DNA of 34,966 nucleotides from Aquificaceae bacterium (GCA_046293375.1 JBKBPE010000002.1:1-34966); one strand, 5' to 3'. Positions 8,378-16,987 are shown, counted from the stretch's first letter. Notes: generated from the letters alone by a model not told the origin. Program-made: numbers and translations.

Positions 8378-9232
8378 ATGGAGTATATAAGAGTCTTTTT
8401 AAACACCTTCTATGATTATACAGTAGAAATAGTGCCTTACTTTGTTCTGGCAGCGCTGATAACATCTTTAATACAAACCTATGTGAGTCTTTCCTGGTTG
8501 AGGAAGGCATTAAAGAATGAGAAGACAGCCCCTATCTTTACCGGTTTTTTAGGTGGTTTACTTCCTGTCTGCTCCTGTTCCATGATACCAGTAGCTCACC
8601 TTATAAACAACTTTTCAAAGACGTATGCACCCGTTTTGGCTTTCTTGGTCGTTGCCCCAGTGGTTTCTCCTGTAACCGTAACACTCACCTTTGCCTTCTT
8701 TGGGTTTGAAATAACACTTTTCAGAGTTTTTGGTGTGTTTCTTTTTGCCATGCTTTTAGCTTACGTCGCAAGTACCTTCTATAAAAAAGAAAGACCCATG
8801 CCTCTTCTTGGAGAATTCAACAGTGCAGGAACCAAGGGTAAAATTTTTCTAAGGTCATTTAAATTCACCCTCTCATCAACTGGCAGATACTTACTGCTGG
8901 GAATGTTCATAGCTGCTCTGATAAAAGCCATTCTACCGCAGGGGGTCGTCAATTACGTAGCAGGTACATCCCTCTCTTATCCGCTCATAGCCCTTGTTTC
9001 TGTACCCATATATGTTTGCTCTGGGGAGGATGTGCCAATAGCAAAAGCTCTTCTACAGGTAGGCTTTACCCATGGAAATGCACTCACTTTCATGCTCGGC
9101 GGTAGTGGTATATGCGTACCAACAATACTGGCTACAATGAGCTTTTTACCAAAGAGGATAGTCTTTCTTTACGCTGTTTCCTGGTTTTTTATGTCGTGGC
9201 TAGCAGGTCTATTGTTTGATTTAATATTTTAG
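8378..9232 (+). CDS. Predicted permease, DUF318/ArsP-like family
   Basis: Two-repeat membrane protein with PVCSCSMIP and IYVCSGEDVPIA motifs, plus AFLVVAPVVSP. Confidence 0.8.
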   Translation: MEYIRVFLNTFYDYTVEIVPYFVLAALITSLIQTYVSLSWLRKALKNEKTAPIFTGFLGGLLPVCSCSMIPVAHLINNFSKTYAPVLAFLVVAPVVSPVTVTLTFAFFGFEITLFRVFGVFLFAMLLAYVASTFYKKERPMPLLGEFNSAGTKGKIFLRSFKFTLSSTGRYLLLGMFIAALIKAILPQGVVNYVAGTSLSYPLIALVSVPIYVCSGEDVPIAKALLQVGFTHGNALTFMLGGSGICVPTILATMSFLPKRIVFLYAVSWFFMSWLAGLLFDLIF

Positions 9233-9263
9233 TATATACTATACTGTAAAATAGGAGGGAAAA

Positions 9264-9617
9264 ATGGACAAGTACATGCAGGTGCTCCAGGAGCTTATAA
9301 AGAGCGGTGGGTTAGAAGGTGCTTCTTTATTTTCTGCAGATGGACTTCCCATATCCTCTGTTCTCAGGCCTGGCTTTGAAGAGGATAGATTAGCTGCTAT
9401 GAGTGCTGCCATCCTATCCCTAGGTGAGAGAGTCTCAGAAGAGCTGGCAAAGGGTGCGCTTGAGCAAATAACCATAAAGGGGCACAATGGGTACATCATT
9501 CTGACTGGTGTTGGTCAGGACGCTGTTATGGTAGTGCTTGCTGACAATAACGCCAAGTTGGGACTTTTGCTCATGGAGATAAAGAAGGCCCAACAAAAGT
9601 TAAAAGAGATGATATAA
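9264..9617 (+). CDS. Roadblock/LC7 domain protein (MglB/CvnB-like)
   Basis: SADGLPI, EEDRLAAMSAAILSLGERVSEEL.KG.LEQI.I.G..GY, AKLGLL; GGAGG SD. Confidence 0.9.
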   Translation: MDKYMQVLQELIKSGGLEGASLFSADGLPISSVLRPGFEEDRLAAMSAAILSLGERVSEELAKGALEQITIKGHNGYIILTGVGQDAVMVVLADNNAKLGLLLMEIKKAQQKLKEMI

Positions 9618-10310
9618 ATGGTCCTTACTGGTGACCTTAGCACATTTAGCTTTGTAGATATATTTCAAGTACTTGCAAAGGATAGGAAGAGTGGTATTCT
9701 GATCATAGAATGGCAGGATTTTACAGTATCTTATTACGTTAAGGATGGGGAGATAGTCTTTGCAAGACCAGTGGATAGGATATTTAGAGTTTATGCAGAG
9801 AGAGACTTTGACCATCTAATAGAAAAGCTGAGAATCTCAAAGGAGAATCTTCCAAAGACAGTAGAAATATTTCTTATAAAAAGGTTGGATGCTAAGGATG
9901 GTATCTTTTCCTTTACACCAGGTTTTATAAGCTATAATTCTGAACTACCAGTTAAATATCCCATAGAAAAACTCATAATGTATGCTTCAAGGTTGCTGAG
10001 GCCTGAGGAGGTTGAGAGAAAGATATCCGATGAGATGCTCGTATTTGAAAGCCAGCCGGACAATACAGAGAAAATAAAGAGAGTTGAACTGCTGCAAGAG
10101 GAAAGTAAGGTTTTATCGCTCGTTGATGGTGAGAGGAACGTTTTGGACATAAGGCGTCATTCTGGACTTGACGATCTTACAGTAGACAGGGCCTTGTACG
10201 GTTTTCTAGCGCTGGGTGTGATAAAAAGGAAGAAGAGGGAAAGGAAGCAAAAGCCATCTATAACCCTTGAGTTGCTTGCCAAGATCATTGAAAGGATAAA
10301 GGGGATGTGA
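9618..10310 (+). CDS. DUF4388 (PATAN-like) domain protein with C-terminal winged-helix-like region
   Basis: N-terminal LTGDLSTFSFVDIFQVL...RKSGIL.......Y.KDGEIVFA and G.FSF. C-terminal EESKVLSLVDGERNVLDI...SGL....V.RALYGF...GVI. Confidence 0.8.
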   Translation: MVLTGDLSTFSFVDIFQVLAKDRKSGILIIEWQDFTVSYYVKDGEIVFARPVDRIFRVYAERDFDHLIEKLRISKENLPKTVEIFLIKRLDAKDGIFSFTPGFISYNSELPVKYPIEKLIMYASRLLRPEEVERKISDEMLVFESQPDNTEKIKRVELLQEESKVLSLVDGERNVLDIRRHSGLDDLTVDRALYGFLALGVIKRKKRERKQKPSITLELLAKIIERIKGM

Positions 10311-10858
10311 TGAAGGCTATAAAGAAGATAAAGATAGTTATAGCTGGACCTTTTGCCGCAGGCAAGACACAGTTTATAAACACAGTGAGTGAGATAAAGA
10401 CAGTGAGAACAGAAAGAAGAACAAGCTTGCCTGGAGAAAAGGGTGTAAAGGATCATACCACTGTAGCCATGGATTTTGGGAAGATAAAGATAGATGATGA
10501 GCATGAGCTTTACCTTTTTGGTACACCTGGACAGTCCAGGTTCGACTTTATGTGGGATATACTTGGGGAGGGTGCCCTTGGTATGATCGTACTGGTTGAT
10601 AGTAGAGACCCATCAACTTTTAACGAAGCAAGAAGGATAATAAACTTCTTCCAATCAAGGTTTCCAGTACCTATGGTTGTTGGTGCAAATAAGCAGGACC
10701 TTCCAAACGCATGGCCCCCAGAGGATATAATGACAGCCTTAGATATAGATAAAGATGAGGGTATACCAGTCCTTCCCCTTTCGGCTCTTAACAAAGAGGA
10801 TGTAAAGAGAGTGCTTTTATACCTTCTGGAGATGATAAGACAAGAGCTTTTGAGCTAA
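10307..10858 (+). CDS. Small Ras-like GTPase (MglA/CvnD-type, ATP_bind_1-like)
   Basis: G1 GPFAAGKT, G2 TTVAMDFG, G3 FGTPGQ.RF.FMW, G4 NKQD, G5 SA. Confidence 0.92.
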   Translation: MMKAIKKIKIVIAGPFAAGKTQFINTVSEIKTVRTERRTSLPGEKGVKDHTTVAMDFGKIKIDDEHELYLFGTPGQSRFDFMWDILGEGALGMIVLVDSRDPSTFNEARRIINFFQSRFPVPMVVGANKQDLPNAWPPEDIMTALDIDKDEGIPVLPLSALNKEDVKRVLLYLLEMIRQELLS

Positions 10859-11877
10859 GGGAACAGGGCTATCTTTTCTATTCCAACAGTCTCTTCCATA
10901 CCAATCATAAGGTTCATGTTCTGTACGGCCTGGCCAGAAGCGCCCTTCCCTAAGTTATCCATAGCGCTTACAATCAGAGCAATGCCTGTCCTTTCATCGT
11001 AGTAAGGGAAAATAAGACACAGGTTTGTTCCCAAAACATACTTAGTCATTGGTGGATGGCTTACTGTCTTTACGTACTTTTCTTCTCTGTAGGTTTCAGT
11101 AAAGAGCTCCAAAAGGTCTAACCTTTCCATATAAAGGTAAGTTGTTGAGAGCATCCCTCTTGACATGGGCACTACTTTAGGAGTGAACCTAACAGATACA
11201 TCCCTTCCAGAAACCCTTTCTATAACATTTTCTATCTCTGGTGTGTGTCTGTGTTTTGAGATTGAGTATGCAAAGGTGTTCTGTTCCATCTCTGGATAAT
11301 GAAAAGACTGGGCTGTCTTTCTTCCAGCTCCAGAGACTCCAGATATGGCATCAATTACAACTTTTTCAAAATCAACTTTAGCTTTTAGAAGTGGATAAAT
11401 ACTAAGAAGAGCGGCGGTAGGGTAGCACCCTGGATTTGAAACAATGTCTGCGCTTTTTATGCTATCTCTGAAGACCTCTGGAAGTCCATAAACCGCCCTC
11501 TCAAGGATATAAGGATACTTATGTTCAAAACCATAAAATTCAGGATAAAGGGATGCATTCCTTATTCTGTATGCACCAGAAAGGTCTATGACCTTTTTCC
11601 CCATCTCCAGGAGGTTGGGCACAAGTTCAAGGGAAGCATCGTGTGGGAGACATAGGAAGGCCAAGTCAAATTCTTCATTGGGTTCCTCCACCAGTAACAT
11701 ATTGGATACGTACGAATCAGAAAAGTATGGAAAAAGTTCCGAGATATACTTGCCCTTGTAAGTTTGCGAGGTTAGAGAAACTACTCTTACATAAGGATGG
11801 TTTAAAAGTATTCTCAGGAGTTCTATGCCCGTATAACCAGTTGCACCATAGATGCATACCCTTAGCGTTTGCTCCAT
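10855..11877 (-). CDS. argC: N-acetyl-gamma-glutamyl-phosphate reductase
   Basis: GATGYTG.EL, IDLSGAYR, YGLPE, NPGCYPT, SGVSGAGR, HRHTPEI, DNLGKGASGQAVQNMN. Confidence 0.97.
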   Translation of the reverse strand: MEQTLRVCIYGATGYTGIELLRILLNHPYVRVVSLTSQTYKGKYISELFPYFSDSYVSNMLLVEEPNEEFDLAFLCLPHDASLELVPNLLEMGKKVIDLSGAYRIRNASLYPEFYGFEHKYPYILERAVYGLPEVFRDSIKSADIVSNPGCYPTAALLSIYPLLKAKVDFEKVVIDAISGVSGAGRKTAQSFHYPEMEQNTFAYSISKHRHTPEIENVIERVSGRDVSVRFTPKVVPMSRGMLSTTYLYMERLDLLELFTETYREEKYVKTVSHPPMTKYVLGTNLCLIFPYYDERTGIALIVSAMDNLGKGASGQAVQNMNLMIGMEETVGIEKIALFP

Positions 11878-12302
11878 CTATAACCTTTGCGTGCCTTCAT
11901 CAGACCATACTTCTTCCTTTCTTTCTCCCTTGCATCCCTCTTTAGTAGTCCTGATTTCTTAAGCGGTTGTCTTATATCAGGGTTGTACTTGAGAAGAGCT
12001 CTTGCTATGCCGTACATGATGGCTTCCGCCTGTCCAGATATACCCCCACCCTCTACCGTTGCATAAACCCCAAACTTACCGTCAAGCCCAGAAACTCTGA
12101 TAGGATAAAGAGCTTTTCGGAAGAGAGCCTCTCTTTGCAAGTAATCCCTCAGGTTGAACTCCTTTCCACTATCTTTGGACTTTACCACCATATTGTTTGT
12201 GTTCCTAAGAAGCCAAACTCTTGCTATGCTCTCCTTTCTTCTCCCTGTACCATAGTAAGCATTATCTAAGCCGATTTTAAAATCTTTCAGCTTTTTTATC
12301 AT
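11862..12302 (-). CDS. rpsI: 30S ribosomal protein S9
   Basis: YGTGRRKESIARV, GGGISGQAEAI..GIARAL, ERKKYGL.KARK..RWSKR. Confidence 0.97.
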   Translation of the reverse strand: MIKKLKDFKIGLDNAYYGTGRRKESIARVWLLRNTNNMVVKSKDSGKEFNLRDYLQREALFRKALYPIRVSGLDGKFGVYATVEGGGISGQAEAIMYGIARALLKYNPDIRQPLKKSGLLKRDAREKERKKYGLMKARKGYRWSKR

Positions 12303-12733
12303 ATCTTTACCTCCAATACCTCTGGCTTTTGAGCATGATGCTGGTGTTCTGAACTTCTGTACACCTTTAACCTCTTCAACATTCTGTGACCAAGTCTTTT
12401 TTTTGGAAGCATTATTTTAACAGCAAGCTTTATAACCTCTTCTGGCTTGTTTTCTATCATCCATTCCAAGCCCCTATCCTTTAAACCACCAGGGTAATTG
12501 CTGTGGAAGTGGTAAACTTTTTGATTAAGTTTTTTTCCAGTAATACCCACCTTATCTGCGTTTACAACAATTACAAAGTCTCCACAATCTACATCCTGCT
12601 GATAGTAAGGCTTGTGCTTTCCTCTCAACACCTTAGCTATCTCAGAGGCAAGCCTACCAAGGCTTTTATTCTTTGCATTAACCACCCACCATTTCCTTTC
12701 TATACTCTCCTCTTTTACTCTGTAGGTTTTCAT
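12299..12733 (-). CDS. rplM: 50S ribosomal protein L13
   Basis: LGRLASEIA..LRGKHKP.Y....DCGDFVIVVNA, HSNYPGGLK, MLPK, HHAQKP. Confidence 0.97.
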   Translation of the reverse strand: MKTYRVKEESIERKWWVVNAKNKSLGRLASEIAKVLRGKHKPYYQQDVDCGDFVIVVNADKVGITGKKLNQKVYHFHSNYPGGLKDRGLEWMIENKPEEVIKLAVKIMLPKKRLGHRMLKRLKVYRSSEHQHHAQKPEVLEVKI

Positions 12734-12766
12734 TTCCTTCTCCTATTTTAGGTTGTTAGAGTGTAT

Positions 12767-12795
12767 ATTATAACCTCTGTTTTAAGGAAAAGCAA
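12767..12795 (-). promoter_or_regulatory. Sigma70 promoter for rplM-rpsI-argC
   Basis: Minus strand: TTGCTT (12795-12790), 17 nt, TATAAT (12772-12767). Confidence 0.7.
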
Positions 12796-12800
12796 GTGTA

Positions 12801-12817
12801 AATGAGGCTGTGTCAAA
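12801..12817 (+). repeat. Direct repeat copy 1 (AATGAGGCTGTGTCAAA), upstream of the diguanylate cyclase
   Basis: AGGCTGTGTCAAA (12805-12817) is identical to 14717-14729; the match extends to AATGA with a 1-nt indel. Confidence 0.6.
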
Positions 12818-12854
12818 TTTCTCACTCAGCGTATAATAAAATTAAGGAGGGTAC

Positions 12855-14702
12855 ATGAAGAAAAATCTAATTGTAAAGCTCTCCTTTCTCATAACACTGT
12901 CAGTTCTTGCAATACTTGCAACCAGCTTATATGTCTTTAGATCTCAAGTGTTGGAAAGTGCAAAAAGCAAGGCTCTCACTATATCGGAGCTGGTAAGGGA
13001 TACCCTAACCTCTTACATGGTTATGGGGGTTATGGATAGAAGGGATGAGTTCCTTAGCAGGGTCAGAGAAATAGAAGGTGTAGAAGATATAAGGGTTATA
13101 AGGGGCAAAAGGGTTATAAACCAATTTGGTCAAGGCACAAATCTTGAAGTCCCAAAGGATGAAATAGAGAAGGCTGTCCTTAAAAGCGGTAAGCCTAAGG
13201 AGATTTTAAAGGAATCCTTTGGTAGCGTAAAATACAAAATAGTTATACCCTATAAAATAGACCCTATAAAAGGCACGAATTGCCTACAGTGTCATAAGGC
13301 ACAACCGGGGGAAGTCTTGGGAGCGATCAGTTTAACTATGGATTTTACACAAATAAGAAATGCATCTTTGAAGATATTTTTTTGGATTTTTATAATTTTG
13401 TTGGCGGCTTTTGGTTCTATTTTCTTTTCTGTTAATTCCATACTTACCAAGATAACCAAGCTTTTAAAGGATACAACAGAAGCGGTAAGGCTAATTGGTG
13501 AGGGTAAATTCAACCATGATATAAAAACAGGCATGGGCTATGAAGCAAGACATTTAGCTGAGAATTTCAAAAGTGCTTGCCATAGGCTATATAACAATCT
13601 GTCTTCCATAGAAGATAAAGTTATAGCTATGATTGGATATAGTTCTCTAAAGACGGGTGATGTTTTATCGGATACATCAAAGGTAGTGGATGAGTTACTA
13701 AATATATACAAGTTTAAGAAGACCATAGAAAAGGATAAAACAAGGGCGGATGTTTATAGGAGAATTATACAAATCTTTGAAGATTATATGAGTTTGGAAA
13801 ACTTTTCCTTTTATGACGTGGAGAGGAAGAAAAATAGGATACAACCTATACATGTGGAGGGAGCCCAAAGTTGGTGTAATGATGTTATCTTCGAAAAAGT
13901 GGATGAGTGTAGAGCCGTGAGAACAGGATTGGACGTGGATTCAAGGGAATTTCCCTGTATATGTCCCAACTTTGTAGACCAATCCGCCTGTAGAGAAAAA
14001 AAGCTTTATCATTACTGCATCCCCATTTATGTGGGCGGTTCTGTGCAGTATGTAATGCAGTTGGTCTATGAGCCCGAGATGGAGCCCTTTGTAAACCTTA
14101 TAATTCCTTACATAAAGAGCTATTTGGAGGAGGCAACTCCTATATTGGAGGCAAAAACCTATATGGACGTATTAAGGGAACAATCTTTAAGAGACCAGCT
14201 TACAGGCTTGTATAGCAGGAGATTTCTTGATGAAATAATAGACCATATCGTTGCTCAGATAAAGAGAAGAGACACAACCCTTGGCATCCTTATGGTAGAT
14301 GTGGATTACTTTAAACAGGTAAATGACACCTACGGGCACGATGTTGGAGATAAGGTCTTAAAAGACACCGCTAATATACTTTCAAAATCTGTGAGGGAAT
14401 CGGATATAGTGGTGAGGTTTGGAGGTGAGGAGTTTATGGTGCTTTTGATGGATGTGGAAAAGGGTAAGGCAGAGGAGATAGCGGAGAAGATAAGAAAGGC
14501 TGTGGAAAATCACATGATAGAGGTTTTTGGAACAGTTCTCAAAAAGACTGTAAGTATTGGAGTTTCCGAATTTCCTACAGACAGTGATAAAATATGGCAG
14601 TGCATAAAGTTTGCGGACGTAGCCCTTTATAAGGCAAAGGAGTTTGGCAGAAACCAAGTGGTAAGGTTTAAGCCAGAATTTTGGCAAGAGGAAAACTACT
14701 AA
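12855..14702 (+). CDS. Membrane-bound diguanylate cyclase: periplasmic CxxCH sensor, HAMP-like region, GAF-like domain, GGDEF domain
   Basis: Two TM segments; CLQCH at 13281-13295; RDQLTGLYSRR, DVDYFKQVNDTYGHDVGD, RESD I-site, GGEEF (14421-14435), AD.ALY.AK..GRN; TATAAT at 12832-12837 and AAGGAGG SD. Confidence 0.92.
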   Translation: MKKNLIVKLSFLITLSVLAILATSLYVFRSQVLESAKSKALTISELVRDTLTSYMVMGVMDRRDEFLSRVREIEGVEDIRVIRGKRVINQFGQGTNLEVPKDEIEKAVLKSGKPKEILKESFGSVKYKIVIPYKIDPIKGTNCLQCHKAQPGEVLGAISLTMDFTQIRNASLKIFFWIFIILLAAFGSIFFSVNSILTKITKLLKDTTEAVRLIGEGKFNHDIKTGMGYEARHLAENFKSACHRLYNNLSSIEDKVIAMIGYSSLKTGDVLSDTSKVVDELLNIYKFKKTIEKDKTRADVYRRIIQIFEDYMSLENFSFYDVERKKNRIQPIHVEGAQSWCNDVIFEKVDECRAVRTGLDVDSREFPCICPNFVDQSACREKKLYHYCIPIYVGGSVQYVMQLVYEPEMEPFVNLIIPYIKSYLEEATPILEAKTYMDVLREQSLRDQLTGLYSRRFLDEIIDHIVAQIKRRDTTLGILMVDVDYFKQVNDTYGHDVGDKVLKDTANILSKSVRESDIVVRFGGEEFMVLLMDVEKGKAEEIAEKIRKAVENHMIEVFGTVLKKTVSIGVSEFPTDSDKIWQCIKFADVALYKAKEFGRNQVVRFKPEFWQEENY

Positions 14703-14711
14703 GATATTCTC

Positions 14712-14729
14712 AATGAAGGCTGTGTCAAA
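14712..14729 (+). repeat. Direct repeat copy 2 (AATGAAGGCTGTGTCAAA), just downstream of the diguanylate cyclase stop
   Basis: Shares a 13-bp exact match with 12805-12817. Confidence 0.6.
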
Positions 14730-14736
14730 AATCCCC

Positions 14737-14822
14737 TTGACGGTTTATCCTTTTGGGTTATAATTAAAGCCCGTGGGAAGTTATAGGATATTTTTGAAAC
14801 ACCCTGAGTGGAAGACTATAAT
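14737..14822 (+). promoter_or_regulatory. Two tandem sigma70 promoters upstream of tatA-tatA
   Basis: P1: TTGACG (14737-14742), 16 nt, TATAAT (14759-14764). P2: TTGAAA (14794-14799), 17 nt, TATAAT (14817-14822). AAGGAGGT SD follows. Confidence 0.7.
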
Positions 14823-14845
14823 AAAAAGTAAGGAGGTAAAGTAAA

Positions 14846-15022
14846 ATGCATTTTCCTCTACCTTGGCAGTTAATATTGATACTTCTTATAGTGTTTGTTG
14901 TATTTGGTGCAAGCAGGTTGCCAGAGCTTGGAAAGGGGTTTGGTGAAGGCATAAGAAACTTCAAGAAGGCTCTGTCTGGTGGAGATGAAAAAGAAAGGAA
15001 GGAAGAGACAAGAGGAGGTTAA
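14846..15022 (+). CDS. tatA: Twin-arginine translocase TatA/E subunit, first copy (58 aa; not in the ORF track)
   Basis: Manual translation [58 protein letters not shown]; FG..RLP..G...G..IR.FK motif; strong SD. Confidence 0.93.
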   Translation: MHFPLPWQLILILLIVFVVFGASRLPELGKGFGEGIRNFKKALSGGDEKERKEETRGG

Positions 15023-15024
15023 GC

Positions 15025-15234
15025 ATGTTTCATGCTCCAAGTTTACCAGAGATTTTAATAATACTGCTCATAGTTTTCTTGCTTTTCGGTGCTTCAAGGT
15101 TGCCCGAGGCTGGCAAAGCTATGGGTGAGGGTATAAGGAACTTTAGGAAGGCTTTGTCTGGAGAGTTGGAGGAAGAAAAAAAGGCCAAGGAAGTAAAAGC
15201 TGAAGAGGTTCAAAAGGAAGAGAAGAAAGCTTAA
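15025..15234 (+). CDS. tatA: Twin-arginine translocase TatA/E subunit, second copy
   Basis: [34 protein letters not shown]; GGAGGT SD inside the end of the first copy. Confidence 0.93.
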   Translation: MFHAPSLPEILIILLIVFLLFGASRLPEAGKAMGEGIRNFRKALSGELEEEKKAKEVKAEEVQKEEKKA

Positions 15235-15644
15235 TCTTTTTTTACTGTTTGCATAACCTTACTCAGTATTCCATTTACAAACTTTGCAGGACCTTTTCCA
15301 GCATACTTTATGGCAAGCTTTACATAATCCAGAGTTACAGCTTTTACGTTTTTAACGCCTATGAAAAGGAACTCAGCCGTGGCTATTCTTAATATGTTTC
15401 TTTCTATGTAACCCATTCTGTCTATGCTCCAATTTTCGCTCGTCTCAGATATTATGTTGTCCACCTCCTTGGAGTTTTCCATATACCTTCTTACCAGTTT
15501 CCTTATGTACCTTCTGTGCTCACTATCCCTTACCCCACTTGATGCTATATAGTCTTCCATAAGGTTTTCAATATCCTCTCCCTTTATGTCCCATTGATAA
15601 AGGATTAAAAAGGCATCCTTCCTAGCTTTGACTTTGTATATCAT
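15231..15644 (-). CDS. nusB: Transcription antitermination factor NusB
   Basis: [37 protein letters not shown]. Start reassigned to ATG 15644 (ATGA overlap with the ribH stop); ribH-nusB synteny. Confidence 0.92.
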   Translation of the reverse strand: MIYKVKARKDAFLILYQWDIKGEDIENLMEDYIASSGVRDSEHRRYIRKLVRRYMENSKEVDNIISETSENWSIDRMGYIERNILRIATAEFLFIGVKNVKAVTLDYVKLAIKYAGKGPAKFVNGILSKVMQTVKKD

Positions 15645-16105
15645 CCAAGGTTTTTGAGCAAGGTTACCATCTCTATAGCAGAAAGGGTAGCCTCCCATCC
15701 TTTGTTTCCTTGCTTTGTCCCAGCTCTCTCTATAGCCTGTTCAAGGCTATCGGCTGTAATTATCCCAAAGGCTATGGGCTTGTTTGTTTCTAAACTTATG
15801 AGAACAAGGCTTTTTGATACTTCGCTGGCTATGTACTCAAAGTGAGGAGTCTGACCCCTTATGAGAACTCCCAAAGGCACGACTGTATCTATATCCTGCC
15901 TGGATGCAACTTTTTTCACAGCCAAGGGTATCTCCCATGATCCAGGAACCCTAACCAAGTGAATGTTTTCCTCAGAGCCGCCATGCCTTATTATGCAATC
16001 TATGGCACCTTCTATGAGCCTGTCTACTAATAGATGGTTGAACCTTGAAGCAACTATACCAAAACTCATACCGTCAGCTTTGAGAACACCCTCATACTTC
16101 TTCAT
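15641..16105 (-). CDS. ribH: 6,7-dimethyl-8-ribityllumazine synthase
   Basis: [44 protein letters not shown]; ATG 16105 sits 7 nt from GGAGG. Confidence 0.97.
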   Translation of the reverse strand: MKKYEGVLKADGMSFGIVASRFNHLLVDRLIEGAIDCIIRHGGSEENIHLVRVPGSWEIPLAVKKVASRQDIDTVVPLGVLIRGQTPHFEYIASEVSKSLVLISLETNKPIAFGIITADSLEQAIERAGTKQGNKGWEATLSAIEMVTLLKNLG

Positions 16106-16955
16106 TGCCAAACCTCCAGTTGTCTATGAGCCTTGTGTTGCCAATCCAAACAGCTACCAACACTCTGTCGCCTGGCATTACTTCACCATCCTTTATGTTT
16201 AGCTCATCGTCAACTATCTCAACGTAGTCTATACCGCTAACATATGGGTGTTTGCTTATGTATTCTAAAATAGCTTCCTTTAAGAGTCTTGCCTGGTTGT
16301 TACCGGATTTTAAAAGACCCTCTGCTATCAAAAAAGACTTATACAAAGAAAGTGCGGACTGCCTTTCATAATCCTTAAGATAAACGTTTCTTGAGCTTAG
16401 AGCCAACCCATCCTCATCTCTTACTGTTTGTACAGGTACTATTTCGATATCGTAAGATAGATCTCTTACAAGTCTCTGAACGAGCTTTAGTTGTTGGAAG
16501 TCCTTCTCCCCAAAGTAAGCCCTGTCTGGTTCTATGATGTTGAAGAGCTTCAGGACTGCAAGAGCAACACCGCTAAAGTGTCCAGGTCTGAAGGCTCCTT
16601 CCATAACATCGCTTATACCAGGAATATTAATCTCTACGTTAGGTTTTTCTGGATACATATCCTCATCGGTTGGTGCAAATACTACGTCTACACTAGCCTC
16701 CTCGCTTAAGGATAAGTCCCTTTCCAAGTCTCTTGGATACCTTTCATAATCTTCACCTGCCCCAAACTGAAATGGGTTTACGTATATGCTCACTATGGTT
16801 ATATCGTTCTGGACCTTTGACTTCTTTATGAGCTCCATGTGCCCCGCGTGAAAATAACCCATAGTTGGAACTAAGCCTATGCTCTTTTTGTTCTCTTGCC
16901 TTACACCCTTTATATGATTCCTAAGGTCTCTAACCTTTCTGAACAATGTTGGCAT
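16092..16955 (-). CDS. panC: Pantoate--beta-alanine ligase
   Basis: [54 protein letters not shown]. Start reassigned to ATG 16955 (AAGGAG SD). Confidence 0.96.
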   Translation of the reverse strand: MPTLFRKVRDLRNHIKGVRQENKKSIGLVPTMGYFHAGHMELIKKSKVQNDITIVSIYVNPFQFGAGEDYERYPRDLERDLSLSEEASVDVVFAPTDEDMYPEKPNVEINIPGISDVMEGAFRPGHFSGVALAVLKLFNIIEPDRAYFGEKDFQQLKLVQRLVRDLSYDIEIVPVQTVRDEDGLALSSRNVYLKDYERQSALSLYKSFLIAEGLLKSGNNQARLLKEAILEYISKHPYVSGIDYVEIVDDELNIKDGEVMPGDRVLVAVWIGNTRLIDNWRFGNEEV

Positions 16956-16987
16956 CTTCTCTCCTTTGAGGGAGTAAATTATAACAC

